Source: a virus | Length of the DNA: 39,366 bases | Virus record (IMG/VR): IMGVR_UViG_3300045988_130974 | Location: 1 to 39,366 of that record | Direction: 5' to 3' (one strand) | Part shown: one piece after another, positions 6,112 through 14,258 of the stretch | Layout of the letters: each line of letters begins with the position of its first letter | Numbering within the stretch: the first letter of the stretch is position 1 | Program-made: the position numbers and the translations under genes | The notes under the pieces: model-generated | What the model was told of the DNA's origin: nothing | Seen by the model: only the letters and a program-made list of their open reading frames with translations | The model's database searches: none

Positions 6112-7032
6112 TTACTCAAACTTGCCGTATGCCTCACCCGTGCGAGCATCGCGGACAGCTACATAGCCATAGCCGTTACCACGTGGTTGACGTACATAGA
6201 CAAACTCGTTGCCTCGCGACCAGGCATCATACTTGATCACACTGCCCGCTGGCAGAACTGCAATCGTAGATGCACTAGGTCGAGCGCCCCACCGCAAGTG
6301 CAAGGCCGTATTGCTGATAAATTTGCCGTCTTCAGCCGTCCACTTGTCGCCTAAGTTGTCTACCCAAGTCTTTGGCACAGCAACTGGCTTAGGCGTTGGC
6401 GTACTGATGACGGTCTTAGATTCCGGCGTGACAGTAGCATTAGTGTAGAATCCGCTAAAGTCGTATGACATATCAACGCCATTGCCAGCGATGTTGTAGT
6501 TACTTGAGAACTGCCATGTACCCACGTTGTCAACACCAGGCTGACTGACACCATAGTTGGCAACCCACTTGTTTTTGGCGATCAGCTGAGCAGCATTGAG
6601 CCGGCCTTGCCAGAACCAAGATGCCATCGAGTAAATGTCTACCTTAGGATAACCGGAATCCTTGACCGCTTGTAAGAACGCATTAGCATCACTGGTTGCA
6701 TACTTGGCGTTAGCTTTATCTTCAATATCCAGTGCTAATACTGAATCTGGCCCTAAACCAAACTTTTTAGCATGGTCGGTAAACCACTTAGCCTCGTTAC
6801 GTGCGTCTTGATTGCCGTTAAAGCGTGCGTAGTGATAGCCGTGTACAAGCAGTCCCACCGCCTGTGCATCATTAATTTGGGCTTGTGCCTTAGGATTTAC
6901 ATACGCATCACCATCTGCTGATCCTTGTGTTAGCTTAACGATTACGGCTTTAACGCCTGCATTTTTAGCTGCTTGAAAAAAGCTGACAGTATCTGGCTGA
7001 TACCCAGATACGTCCATGACGAGATTAGCCAT
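6112..7032 (-). CDS. Endolysin: GH25 muramidase with C-terminal SH3b-like cell-wall binding domain
   Basis: MDVSGYQPDTVSFFQAAKNAGVKAVIVKLTQGS...HGYHYARF is GH25-type. The C-terminal ...VLPAGSVIKYDAWSRGNEFVYVRQ... is SH3b-like. AAGGGAGG RBS. Follows the holin. Confidence 0.9.
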   Translation of the reverse strand: MANLVMDVSGYQPDTVSFFQAAKNAGVKAVIVKLTQGSADGDAYVNPKAQAQINDAQAVGLLVHGYHYARFNGNQDARNEAKWFTDHAKKFGLGPDSVLALDIEDKANAKYATSDANAFLQAVKDSGYPKVDIYSMASWFWQGRLNAAQLIAKNKWVANYGVSQPGVDNVGTWQFSSNYNIAGNGVDMSYDFSGFYTNATVTPESKTVISTPTPKPVAVPKTWVDNLGDKWTAEDGKFISNTALHLRWGARPSASTIAVLPAGSVIKYDAWSRGNEFVYVRQPRGNGYGYVAVRDARTGEAYGKFE

Positions 7033-7033
7033 G

Positions 7034-7450
7034 TTACTTGCCTCCCTTATTTTGCTTAGCGCCAGTAATGGCGTTGTAGTCCGTTGCGTCGTAGTCAGAC
7101 TGGAGCTTGACCAGGATTGCCTTGACCTGTGGTGGCAACCACAGTCCCATCTCGCCCCAGTTCTCGGTGATTGATGTTAGGTAGTTTAGGATAAATCCCC
7201 ACACCATCGTTTGCGCTAACAAGTCAAAACCTAGACTAATGAGATATGGATAGATGCTAATGATGCTAACCAAAACTACTGTATGTTTGACTAACCCGAA
7301 AAGGCCCTTAGTTGAGTTGGTCTTACGGACAAATGCCGATCTGATATAGCCAGTAACTACATCAATGATTACGCACCAAGTAAACGCAATGATAAGCGGA
7401 TCATCAACCATATGCTGCACTTGCCGAAACATTAAAATGTGATATGGCAC
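7034..7450 (-). CDS. Holin (multi-TM, holin_tox_secr / phage_holin_4-like)
   Basis: Three to four hydrophobic segments and a charged C-terminus. Lies directly upstream of the endolysin. GTG start after AAGGGGGGA. Confidence 0.8.
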   Translation of the reverse strand: MPYHILMFRQVQHMVDDPLIIAFTWCVIIDVVTGYIRSAFVRKTNSTKGLFGLVKHTVVLVSIISIYPYLISLGFDLLAQTMVWGFILNYLTSITENWGEMGLWLPPQVKAILVKLQSDYDATDYNAITGAKQNKGGK

Positions 7451-7516
7451 TTCAAAATCCCCCCTTCAAATCCGCCCCGCATGGTACTGTTGTCTTTCTT
7501 AGGCGACAAAATAAAA

Positions 7517-7540
7517 AAGATTACGCAGCCACGTAATCTT
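7517..7540 (-). terminator. Hairpin AAGATTACG-tggctg-CGTAATCTT + TTTTTATTTT, overlapping the end of the XkdX-like gene
   Basis: 9-bp perfect stem and T tract on the minus strand, between the tail genes and the lysis cassette. Confidence 0.5.
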
Positions 7541-7655
7541 GCCCGGTGATTTCCTTAAATTCTTCGGCGGTCAGCCAACCGACAAAAACCGCGTCCTTGC
7601 ATTGTTGTACAGTGAACAAGCCCATTGGGTAATACATTTTGAAAATAGAATACAT
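7521..7655 (-). CDS. XkdX-family small protein (44 aa, below the ORF-track cut-off)
   Basis: Hand translation gives MYSIFKMYYPMGLFTVQQCKDAVFVGWLTAEEFKEITGQDYVAA, with the XkdX-type ending G.IT.EE..EITG. AGAGAGGT RBS. Located just before the holin. Confidence 0.65.
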   Translation of the reverse strand: MYSIFKMYYPMGLFTVQQCKDAVFVGWLTAEEFKEITGQDYVAA

Positions 7656-7670
7656 AGCTTTTACCTCTCT

Positions 7671-8192
7671 TTAGTTATTTGCCTTTGCCTTTGCGTTTGC
7701 CAGTAGTGCGCTAGTTAGACTAGCAATTTGCGTACCCTGCTGCTTGACCGTCATTTGCGTTTGCAGCAGTTGAGCGGTAAGCAATGCAATAGTAGATTCA
7801 TCGTTCAATTCAATTTTTTCGGGTTTTTTCAATTTATCGATTTCTTCCTTTGACAACGTTTCAACCCACTTATTTTGGGACTTGTCAAATTTTGGCTTGT
7901 ACATGCCTAAGCCGTTTTCATCTAACGGCTTAATCGTTGTTTCATTGGAATTTAAAACCGCATCTTTTGTTGCGATTTCTAGACTATCTAAACTGCCATC
8001 ACTGTCATAATGATAGATAGTGATCAGTTCCGTGTTATCAACCCAATTTTGCCCGTCCCAGTATGCATTGGCAGTTTGAGGCGCTACCAATGTTTGACCT
8101 TCTGTCAATACAGCATTATCATCAACGTTTTCAGTTCCTAAAAACTCATGCATGCGATTTTTTGCATTGTAAAGATAAACTACTTTACTCAT
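7671..8192 (-). CDS. Hypothetical tail-module protein (tail-fibre-assembly-like position)
   Basis: 173 aa with an AGGAGG RBS and a coiled-coil-like C-terminus (LLTAQLLQTQMTVKQQGTQIASLTSALL). Located between the RBP candidates and XkdX. Confidence 0.5.
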   Translation of the reverse strand: MSKVVYLYNAKNRMHEFLGTENVDDNAVLTEGQTLVAPQTANAYWDGQNWVDNTELITIYHYDSDGSLDSLEIATKDAVLNSNETTIKPLDENGLGMYKPKFDKSQNKWVETLSKEEIDKLKKPEKIELNDESTIALLTAQLLQTQMTVKQQGTQIASLTSALLANAKAKANN

Positions 8193-8203
8193 TAAAACAC
8201 CTC

Positions 8204-8635
8204 CTAGCCAACAATCAGCAACGAAATCATAGCGCTAAATGGGGATAGATCGAAGTTATAACCATTTGTCATCGAAATTTTCCCGTTCCCTTGATCGAAA
8301 CTCAAACCACTAGCGGGGCTGCCATCGATATATCCGGTTTGTGCGAAATACGAACCGAACAAGTTCTTGATATCGTCTGACATCTTAACAATATCAACCC
8401 GCTGTCCTTGTTTAACAGTTGGCGTAGTACACCAACCAGAAAATTCTAGAATTGTCAATCCGCCCGCTTTATATTTGCGCCAACACAAATTATTTCCACC
8501 GAAGCCATTAAGGCTGGTCAGCCCAACTTTGCTCCACTCAGTACCACTACCACTAGCAGCGTTCAACTTTTCAAAGTTGGCCTGGATAGCTTCAGGCCCT
8601 TTATCCATGCCACTAAAAATTTTAGTAAGGTCCAT
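8204..8635 (-). CDS. Hypothetical baseplate/receptor-binding candidate (143 aa)
   Basis: GAGGTGA RBS. The assignment rests on position in the distal tail module. No motif recognised. Confidence 0.45.
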   Translation of the reverse strand: MDLTKIFSGMDKGPEAIQANFEKLNAASGSGTEWSKVGLTSLNGFGGNNLCWRKYKAGGLTILEFSGWCTTPTVKQGQRVDIVKMSDDIKNLFGSYFAQTGYIDGSPASGLSFDQGNGKISMTNGYNFDLSPFSAMISLLIVG

Positions 8636-8646
8636 TTTTTCACCTC

Positions 8647-9099
8647 TTAATTTTTAAAATAAATAGCCTTGACGCCATCAAATGCGCCAAAGCTACCATC
8701 ATCTAATCTTTGCATTAGTTGGTTGTCGGAAAAGTTGCTAAATTTACTCGTGATTTCTAACGTGCTAACACCATTAGATACACTGACAACTTTAACCGGC
8801 AACGTTTGTCGATTACCACCGCCAAAGAAACCGCTAGGCTCAGTGCCGATTGGCACGATACCGAGTGGATACTCCAGATAGATTACGTTGGCAGTTGAAC
8901 CGACTGTTAAAGTCGTAGGAACACGAATGCGAATGCCTCGTGTCAGTACGCTAATACTTTTTGATTCGCTTTCTCGCAAGCCGCTATAAGCCATTACGCT
9001 TAAGTTGTACGCAGTGTTAGGCAATAAACCCGTTACCGTATAACTCTTACTACTTGTAGTTGCGATTAAAGCGGTGCCGTTGCGTACTCGATACTGCAT
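8647..9099 (-). CDS. Baseplate/fibre protein starting with the C-terminal two-thirds of an FN3 domain
   Basis: QYRVRNGTALIATTSSKSYTVTGLLPNTAYNLSVMAYSGLRESESKSISV corresponds to FN3 strands C-G. AGGTGA RBS. Its ATG is in frame with the upstream ORF, separated by one TAA and 5 codons. Confidence 0.65.
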   Translation of the reverse strand: MQYRVRNGTALIATTSSKSYTVTGLLPNTAYNLSVMAYSGLRESESKSISVLTRGIRIRVPTTLTVGSTANVIYLEYPLGIVPIGTEPSGFFGGGNRQTLPVKVVSVSNGVSTLEITSKFSNFSDNQLMQRLDDGSFGAFDGVKAIYFKN

Positions 9100-9114
9100 G
9101 ACATCACCTGCTTT

Positions 9115-9624
9115 TTAAGTCCAGCTCAAACCAACGCTGTTAGTTGTTACGTTGCTTGACGTAAGGTTAGATACGTTGACCAGTGCTTCATAGACCGTGA
9201 TTGTTACCACGTTTGACGTCTTAGTGCCAATAGTTGCCTTAATCGTGGTTGTACCAGGCGCAATTGCCTTGATATTGCCAGACTGATCAACCGCTGCAAC
9301 CGTCGGCGTGGTACTGGTCAGCGTGTAGTCCCCGTCCGTTTCGTTAGTGGGCGTTACCGTTACGCTGGCCTTAGCCGTACCACCAACTTCAAGCGCAGTC
9401 TTATCAATCGCAATCGTAATGGATTGTACCGGGATTTCGCTCGTAGTTACCGTTACGATGTTCGACTTGGCACTTTCGCGCAGACCGTTGTAACTACTTA
9501 CAGCAAAACAATAGGTCGTTTTCGCTTGCAGACCCGTAACCGTGTAGGTTTTCTGGTCGGTAACTTCCGCAATCTTAGTAAGTTCCCCACTAGTGCCTGT
9601 ACCCTGATAAATATAATACTTCAA
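9115..9624 (-). CDS. Baseplate/fibre protein: partial FN3 + Big_2-like Ig domain + first strands of a further FN3
   Basis: KYYIYQGTGTSGELTKIAEVTDQKTYTVTGLQAKTTYCFAVSSYNGLRESAKS is FN3 C-G. ITIAIDKTALEVGGTAKASVTVTP...AAVDQSGNIKAIAPGTTTIKA is Big_2-like. It ends NLTSSNVTTNSVGLSWT (FN3 A-B). TTG start after GGGGGA. Confidence 0.65.
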   Translation of the reverse strand: MKYYIYQGTGTSGELTKIAEVTDQKTYTVTGLQAKTTYCFAVSSYNGLRESAKSNIVTVTTSEIPVQSITIAIDKTALEVGGTAKASVTVTPTNETDGDYTLTSTTPTVAAVDQSGNIKAIAPGTTTIKATIGTKTSNVVTITVYEALVNVSNLTSSNVTTNSVGLSWT

Positions 9625-9644
9625 CTTAATATCCCCCTATTAGT

Positions 9645-11006
9645 TTAGTTGCGCCATTCTAGCCGCTGCGTGTGCTCATCGATATAGATAGCCCGCAGAT
9701 CACTAGGACTTGTAGGCTTGCTGAAATAGCCCGAACTGCCTGCAAGTGCGCTCTTGCCTTTCCCTTCACCAGTCAACGCCAGTTGCGCGTTAACGTTGCC
9801 CAGACTGACCTTGATCGTCTTGTAGCCGTCACGAACATACCATGCACCGGCGCTCGATTCAAAGTTAGGCGCGTCATCAAGGTAGAAATTGCGCGGTAAT
9901 CGAACCTTAATCGTGTTAGCATCTGGATACGTAGCCATGCAAGGGACTAGCTTTGTGTTAGTCTGACCAAATCCGCTTGGACCACTCCCTAGCCCGTTAG
10001 GTTCAGTGCCGATTGCATATTCGTAATACATGACTTTCGGCTCTGGATAATCGGCTTGATTGTGTACGATTGTGATTTCGTAACCGTAAAGCAAGTCTTC
10101 CAGACTATCAGCCGTAACCATGCTTGCGTTACGCTCGGCAACCATGCCATTAGACAGTGCAATGACGTTGGTACCGTCTGGGGTTTCGTCCTTATGCTTA
10201 ACGCGAATTTGCCAAACAGCGCCATGCCCGTCATCGTAGTTATCCCAACCCTTCGTGATTGCAAGGTCGTTCGCAGCTAATGCAGCATAACTTTGCATGG
10301 TCGGGACATCGCTGAATTGCCATGCTCGATCGTGGAACTGAGCTTGTTTCAGCGTTTCTTGGATTTGTTGCGTCATCTCCAGCAGTTGATTATAGCGAAC
10401 GTACAACCCATTCTTAGGGTCGTTCACTTCTGCCATTGCGTCGTTCAACGATTGCTTGTACTTAGCCAACCATTCGCTGAATTCCTGACTGTACGTTTCG
10501 CCCGCTTCATTAAGCTTGTCCTTAATCGCGTTGCCTTTGTCGGTTACTTGCTCAAGGATTCGTTCAAACTCTCCGATATAATCTCGGCCGGCATTCCCAA
10601 CGTGTGCAAAAAACTGGTCATCGATAACATCAAAATCCATGTCAACGGTTGATACCGTTTGACCATCTCGCCCGATGAACCGAACAAAAAACTGTTGCCA
10701 GTGTCCAGGCACGTTAAATGTGCGCTCGTCAAAGTGTAACGTTACCCGTCCTAATGCGATTTGGTCGTTGCGATCATTAGCTTCAACATGGTAGATATGC
10801 TTGTGAACGTATCCTTGACTGTCGACACCGCCATATTCGTATTTCCAGCCCCGCATATCAACGGGAAGACTGTTGCTAGTGATATACACCGGCAAATAGT
10901 CGTCAGTATCACCTACACGGCCTTTGAAATATCCGCTAATGTCTAAGATTTGGTCTTGATAGCGGGTTAAATCAAGCGTTAGCCGTGCTTTTTCTCGTAA
11001 TGCCAT
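9645..11006 (-). CDS. Baseplate upper protein (BppU-like), ending in the first strands of an FN3 domain
   Basis: 453 aa with an AAGGTGA RBS. The N-terminus LDLTRYQDQILDISGYFKGRVGDTDDYLPVYI is BppU-like. The C-terminus is PTSPSDLRAIYIDEHTQRLEWRN. Confidence 0.6.
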   Translation of the reverse strand: MALREKARLTLDLTRYQDQILDISGYFKGRVGDTDDYLPVYITSNSLPVDMRGWKYEYGGVDSQGYVHKHIYHVEANDRNDQIALGRVTLHFDERTFNVPGHWQQFFVRFIGRDGQTVSTVDMDFDVIDDQFFAHVGNAGRDYIGEFERILEQVTDKGNAIKDKLNEAGETYSQEFSEWLAKYKQSLNDAMAEVNDPKNGLYVRYNQLLEMTQQIQETLKQAQFHDRAWQFSDVPTMQSYAALAANDLAITKGWDNYDDGHGAVWQIRVKHKDETPDGTNVIALSNGMVAERNASMVTADSLEDLLYGYEITIVHNQADYPEPKVMYYEYAIGTEPNGLGSGPSGFGQTNTKLVPCMATYPDANTIKVRLPRNFYLDDAPNFESSAGAWYVRDGYKTIKVSLGNVNAQLALTGEGKGKSALAGSSGYFSKPTSPSDLRAIYIDEHTQRLEWRN

Positions 11007-11020
11007 TTATTCACCTTCTT

Positions 11021-11197
11021 TCATCGTTCATTCAAAGTGTCTTCATCAAGCCCGTATGAATCCAAAAAGCCATCGACTTTGTCTTGCTTTGCAGCTAACA
11101 GTTCAAAGCCTTTTGCGATAGCTTCCCGAACATCTTTGCCATACTGAGCCTTGCGAATCGTTTCAGCAATGCTTTTCATATCATCAGTGGTTGCCAT
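11021..11197 (-). CDS. Small tail-module protein (58 aa, below the ORF-track cut-off)
   Basis: Hand translation gives MATTDDMKSIAETIRKAQYGKDVREAIAKGFELLAAKQDKVDGFLDSYGLDEDTLNER. Its start overlaps the Tal stop (TAATG). Confidence 0.5.
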   Translation of the reverse strand: MATTDDMKSIAETIRKAQYGKDVREAIAKGFELLAAKQDKVDGFLDSYGLDEDTLNER

Positions 11198-13488
11198 TAG
11201 CTTGCCCCTTTCAGCTTATCAACTTCGGCTTTCAATTTGTTAAAGTCCGCTTGCGATACATAGCCCGCCGGTATCTTATCGTTAATGATCGATTGCAATT
11301 GTTTCATATCAAACTTAAGCTGCGTTACATCTTCGCTGCTTGCTCCGTTCTGAATAATCGTGGTCGTACTTGACACGTTAGATTGACCGCTTGCTTGAAC
11401 TTCAGCTACACGGCCAACAATAACCTTAACTCTTTCGAAGTCTTGAGCTTGACGGTTCACTTCTAGCTGATAATCGGTCAGCCCTAACGACTTATCGCCG
11501 ATAGTCAGCGTTGACTTGTGCGGTTGCAAGAGGTCAACTTCTTTTTGCACCACTCGCAGCAACTGTAATTGCGCTACATACGGGTTGATGAACATATACC
11601 GGTCGGCAACTTTGAAATGATCAAAGTTAGGCAAATTAAACTCGACCGCGCTGACTTCCCAGCTCTCTGGCACTCGCTGTGCGTCAATCCATGCTTTTGC
11701 TTGGTTCATTAAATCGTTAGCGTCGGTTACTTCGTTAAACTCAATCGTTCCGTTGATAATGCCGAATTCTTTTTGCAAGTCTGGTATATCAATGTAATCG
11801 CGCCCTTCGTTGACGCTAGTAATCGTTAGCTTTGGCCTAGCAGCATTTGAGTCGCTGACCTCTTCTTTCTTACTCTCGTCTTTTGACTGTGAGCCATCAC
11901 CGCCGTTTTTGATCAGCGCTTGTGGGTCTAACCACGTGCCATCGTTTGTGAACGACTTCTTGACGGCATCGTAGAAATCAGCTTTAGTAACGCCAATGTG
12001 CAAGTGATCAGTGTTTCGCCAACCGATAATATCGCCAGTTTTGACCTTATCACCAATATTGACGCGAATCTGACCGGCACTGCTGAATGCCTCTTGATAC
12101 ACGATATTAAAACCGTCCGTACTGTGCGTTACAACATAGTTGCCAAGCCCGCCCATGTAGCCTTTGAAAACTACCGTGCCACCGTGAATAGCATGCACTT
12201 CACTACCCGGGTGATCTACGGAACCAAAATCTAATCCATCATGAAATGAATTAGGTCTAAAGCCACCATCATAGCCAAATTTTTGGGCTTGGCTAAAACT
12301 GCCTTCGCCAACGCTAGGAAACGGCCAGCCCCAACCGTTAGTGAGCGTTTCGGTCGTGGTATCACTGACTGAGCCATTAACCCGCCGTGTACCAGTTGGG
12401 CCCCAACCGCCGGCATGTGAAATGTCAGCAAGCCAGTTTGAATCGTTGAACAGCGCCAACAATTGTTGAAAGCCTTTGTGAATGTCTTCATAGCCTTGTA
12501 CCTTCCACTTATCGAATGTTGGCTGAATATACTGTAACAGCCCCGTTGACGGGTGGCCCGCCTGCGCGTTGCTGTCCCAGTTGTTCGTGACGGTTTCGCT
12601 ACCCCCAGATTCCTGATTGATACGCCTTAGAACAGCGTTCAACCCGTTCTGGTCAAGGTTGACGTTCATCATCTTCGCAGCATGCTTAATGGCTTCTGTC
12701 CAATCGCCATTAATAGCAGTCGTTGCCCCACCGCCAGTCGTTGTTGTTGAGTTTTCGCCGTCAACCTCGACTTTTTGGGGCTCTAACTGTTTGCCCAACG
12801 GGACGAGCCTAGTTATAACCTTTGTGGGGTCAATCGTAAGGCTCGCTGACTTCATGTTAACTGCTAACTGGATAGGCGTATCGTTCTTGTGATCGTTGCC
12901 AATGTCGGTTACATAGTCAAGCATGTTTGGGCCGTCCGGTTTGTACTCTGTTACCAGATAACCGCCCAGCTCGTTAATCAGCTTGTCTTTGATTGCGTCC
13001 CGTGTTTTTGGATAATCAATTTGCCGATAAGCGTCATCTTTATTGTTGGTAACGTTGCAGTTACGCAGTTTGAACTGCTTATACTGTGGCACTTGGCTAT
13101 TGTGGACATCAATCAATGATTGAAGAAATTCTTTCGGTGTTAGCCCAACCGCTTCATAGAAACGCTGAATGCTATCTAGCAGATACGCTTCAATATCTTC
13201 GAACGTGTACGTTCTGATGAAGCGCCCGCTTGATTGCATTTCTTTCTTTGGCTTGATTGCTCGGCCACGAAACAATAGTTTATCGTCATCATAGACTTCA
13301 ACGTGCGTGTGCATTGGCCTAACGTTGTCAAACAGCAAGTTATCACGGTTTACGGTTAACTCCAGATCATCAATATCAGTTTCTTTGATCGTTAACTTGC
13401 CTTCGCTGACCGTTCGATTTACTCGCTGATCAAGCACGATAAAGCCGTTCTTATCAGTTGGTTCGTTATACCCGATAATTCGATACAT
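11197..13488 (-). CDS. Tail-associated lysin (Tal): tail endopeptidase N-domain + lytic transglycosylase + M23 peptidase
   Basis: RRINQESGGSETVTNNWDSNAQAGHPSTGLLQYIQPTF is SLT-like. FHDGLDFGS...HAIHGGTVV...HLHIGV carries M23 motifs. 763 aa, downstream of Dit. Confidence 0.85.
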   Translation of the reverse strand: MYRIIGYNEPTDKNGFIVLDQRVNRTVSEGKLTIKETDIDDLELTVNRDNLLFDNVRPMHTHVEVYDDDKLLFRGRAIKPKKEMQSSGRFIRTYTFEDIEAYLLDSIQRFYEAVGLTPKEFLQSLIDVHNSQVPQYKQFKLRNCNVTNNKDDAYRQIDYPKTRDAIKDKLINELGGYLVTEYKPDGPNMLDYVTDIGNDHKNDTPIQLAVNMKSASLTIDPTKVITRLVPLGKQLEPQKVEVDGENSTTTTGGGATTAINGDWTEAIKHAAKMMNVNLDQNGLNAVLRRINQESGGSETVTNNWDSNAQAGHPSTGLLQYIQPTFDKWKVQGYEDIHKGFQQLLALFNDSNWLADISHAGGWGPTGTRRVNGSVSDTTTETLTNGWGWPFPSVGEGSFSQAQKFGYDGGFRPNSFHDGLDFGSVDHPGSEVHAIHGGTVVFKGYMGGLGNYVVTHSTDGFNIVYQEAFSSAGQIRVNIGDKVKTGDIIGWRNTDHLHIGVTKADFYDAVKKSFTNDGTWLDPQALIKNGGDGSQSKDESKKEEVSDSNAARPKLTITSVNEGRDYIDIPDLQKEFGIINGTIEFNEVTDANDLMNQAKAWIDAQRVPESWEVSAVEFNLPNFDHFKVADRYMFINPYVAQLQLLRVVQKEVDLLQPHKSTLTIGDKSLGLTDYQLEVNRQAQDFERVKVIVGRVAEVQASGQSNVSSTTTIIQNGASSEDVTQLKFDMKQLQSIINDKIPAGYVSQADFNKLKAEVDKLKGAS

Positions 13489-14258
13489 TAAACCATCTCC
13501 TCACGTTTAAAGACGAACTCTATTGTGCCGTTGCCAGACAAATTAATTTTGTTGTCGCCTATATCAAGCACTACTTGCGTTTGCTTGTAGTTGCCATCGT
13601 TTAACGACACTTCGCCGAAACTCCCTTTCGCCTTGACGTTACCAGTTACCACGAAAGACGATAGAACCGGCCGTGAGCCAATGTTTTTAACATTGACGTC
13701 CTGACTACCATTGACGCTGAACTTGACTTGTTGCCATATCCAGTGCGGGAAGAAAACATCGTCCCAGTAGTCAGCGCCTTCGTTGTGGTTCGTGTAAGCA
13801 TAGGGATATGCAGTGAACACGATTGACGCTTCTAGCGTTTCGTTGTCGCTGCTATCATCAACTTCAACGCTCTTGCACTTGGCCCACCAGTAGTAAACCG
13901 GTTCGTGAGTATCAACCAACTTGCCCCAGTTGTGGGGCATTAGTTGCCGTTTCAGCTCTTGTTCAAAGCCCTTGCGGTTGTGATACTCTTCGCCGACATA
14001 TAACAGCTTGTAGGTGATTTCTCGATTATTGAAAAACCGTTCGTTATCGATCATCGAAAAATCATAGCTACCTTGACGATATGGCACGCTTTCAGTGATT
14101 TCTTGCTCTTCTGGCGTTGGTGCCGTTCGTTCGGTTAACCACCAACCAGATTTGACGCTATCGAATTCAGCGAAAGCGAAGCCTTCAACGTTTGGCAACG
14201 TGTCAACGTCAACATCGGTTGGCGGTAAATCTCTGAATATAAATTCCATTAACTCCAC
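13488..14258 (-). CDS. Distal tail protein (Dit)
   Basis: 256 aa, located between the tape measure and Tal. The start is ambiguous (GTG at 14258 or ATG at 14249 overlapping the TMP stop). Confidence 0.7.
   Translation of the reverse strand: MELMEFIFRDLPPTDVDVDTLPNVEGFAFAEFDSVKSGWWLTERTAPTPEEQEITESVPYRQGSYDFSMIDNERFFNNREITYKLLYVGEEYHNRKGFEQELKRQLMPHNWGKLVDTHEPVYYWWAKCKSVEVDDSSDNETLEASIVFTAYPYAYTNHNEGADYWDDVFFPHWIWQQVKFSVNGSQDVNVKNIGSRPVLSSFVVTGNVKAKGSFGEVSLNDGNYKQTQVVLDIGDNKINLSGNGTIEFVFKREEMV

Noticed and set aside
9624-9647. A simple frameshift fusion of the 453-aa BppU-like ORF with the next ORF.
   Set aside because: The downstream frame is closed by a TAG only 4 codons upstream of its TTG start and there is no slippery heptamer. 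The G5 run is noted, but a fusion needs both an indel and stop readthrough.
4304-11006. A diversity-generating retroelement or invertible shufflon acting on the duplicated fibre-like genes.
   Set aside because: The window contains no reverse transcriptase, no template/variable repeat pair and no serine or tyrosine invertase near these genes. The only recombinase is the integrase.
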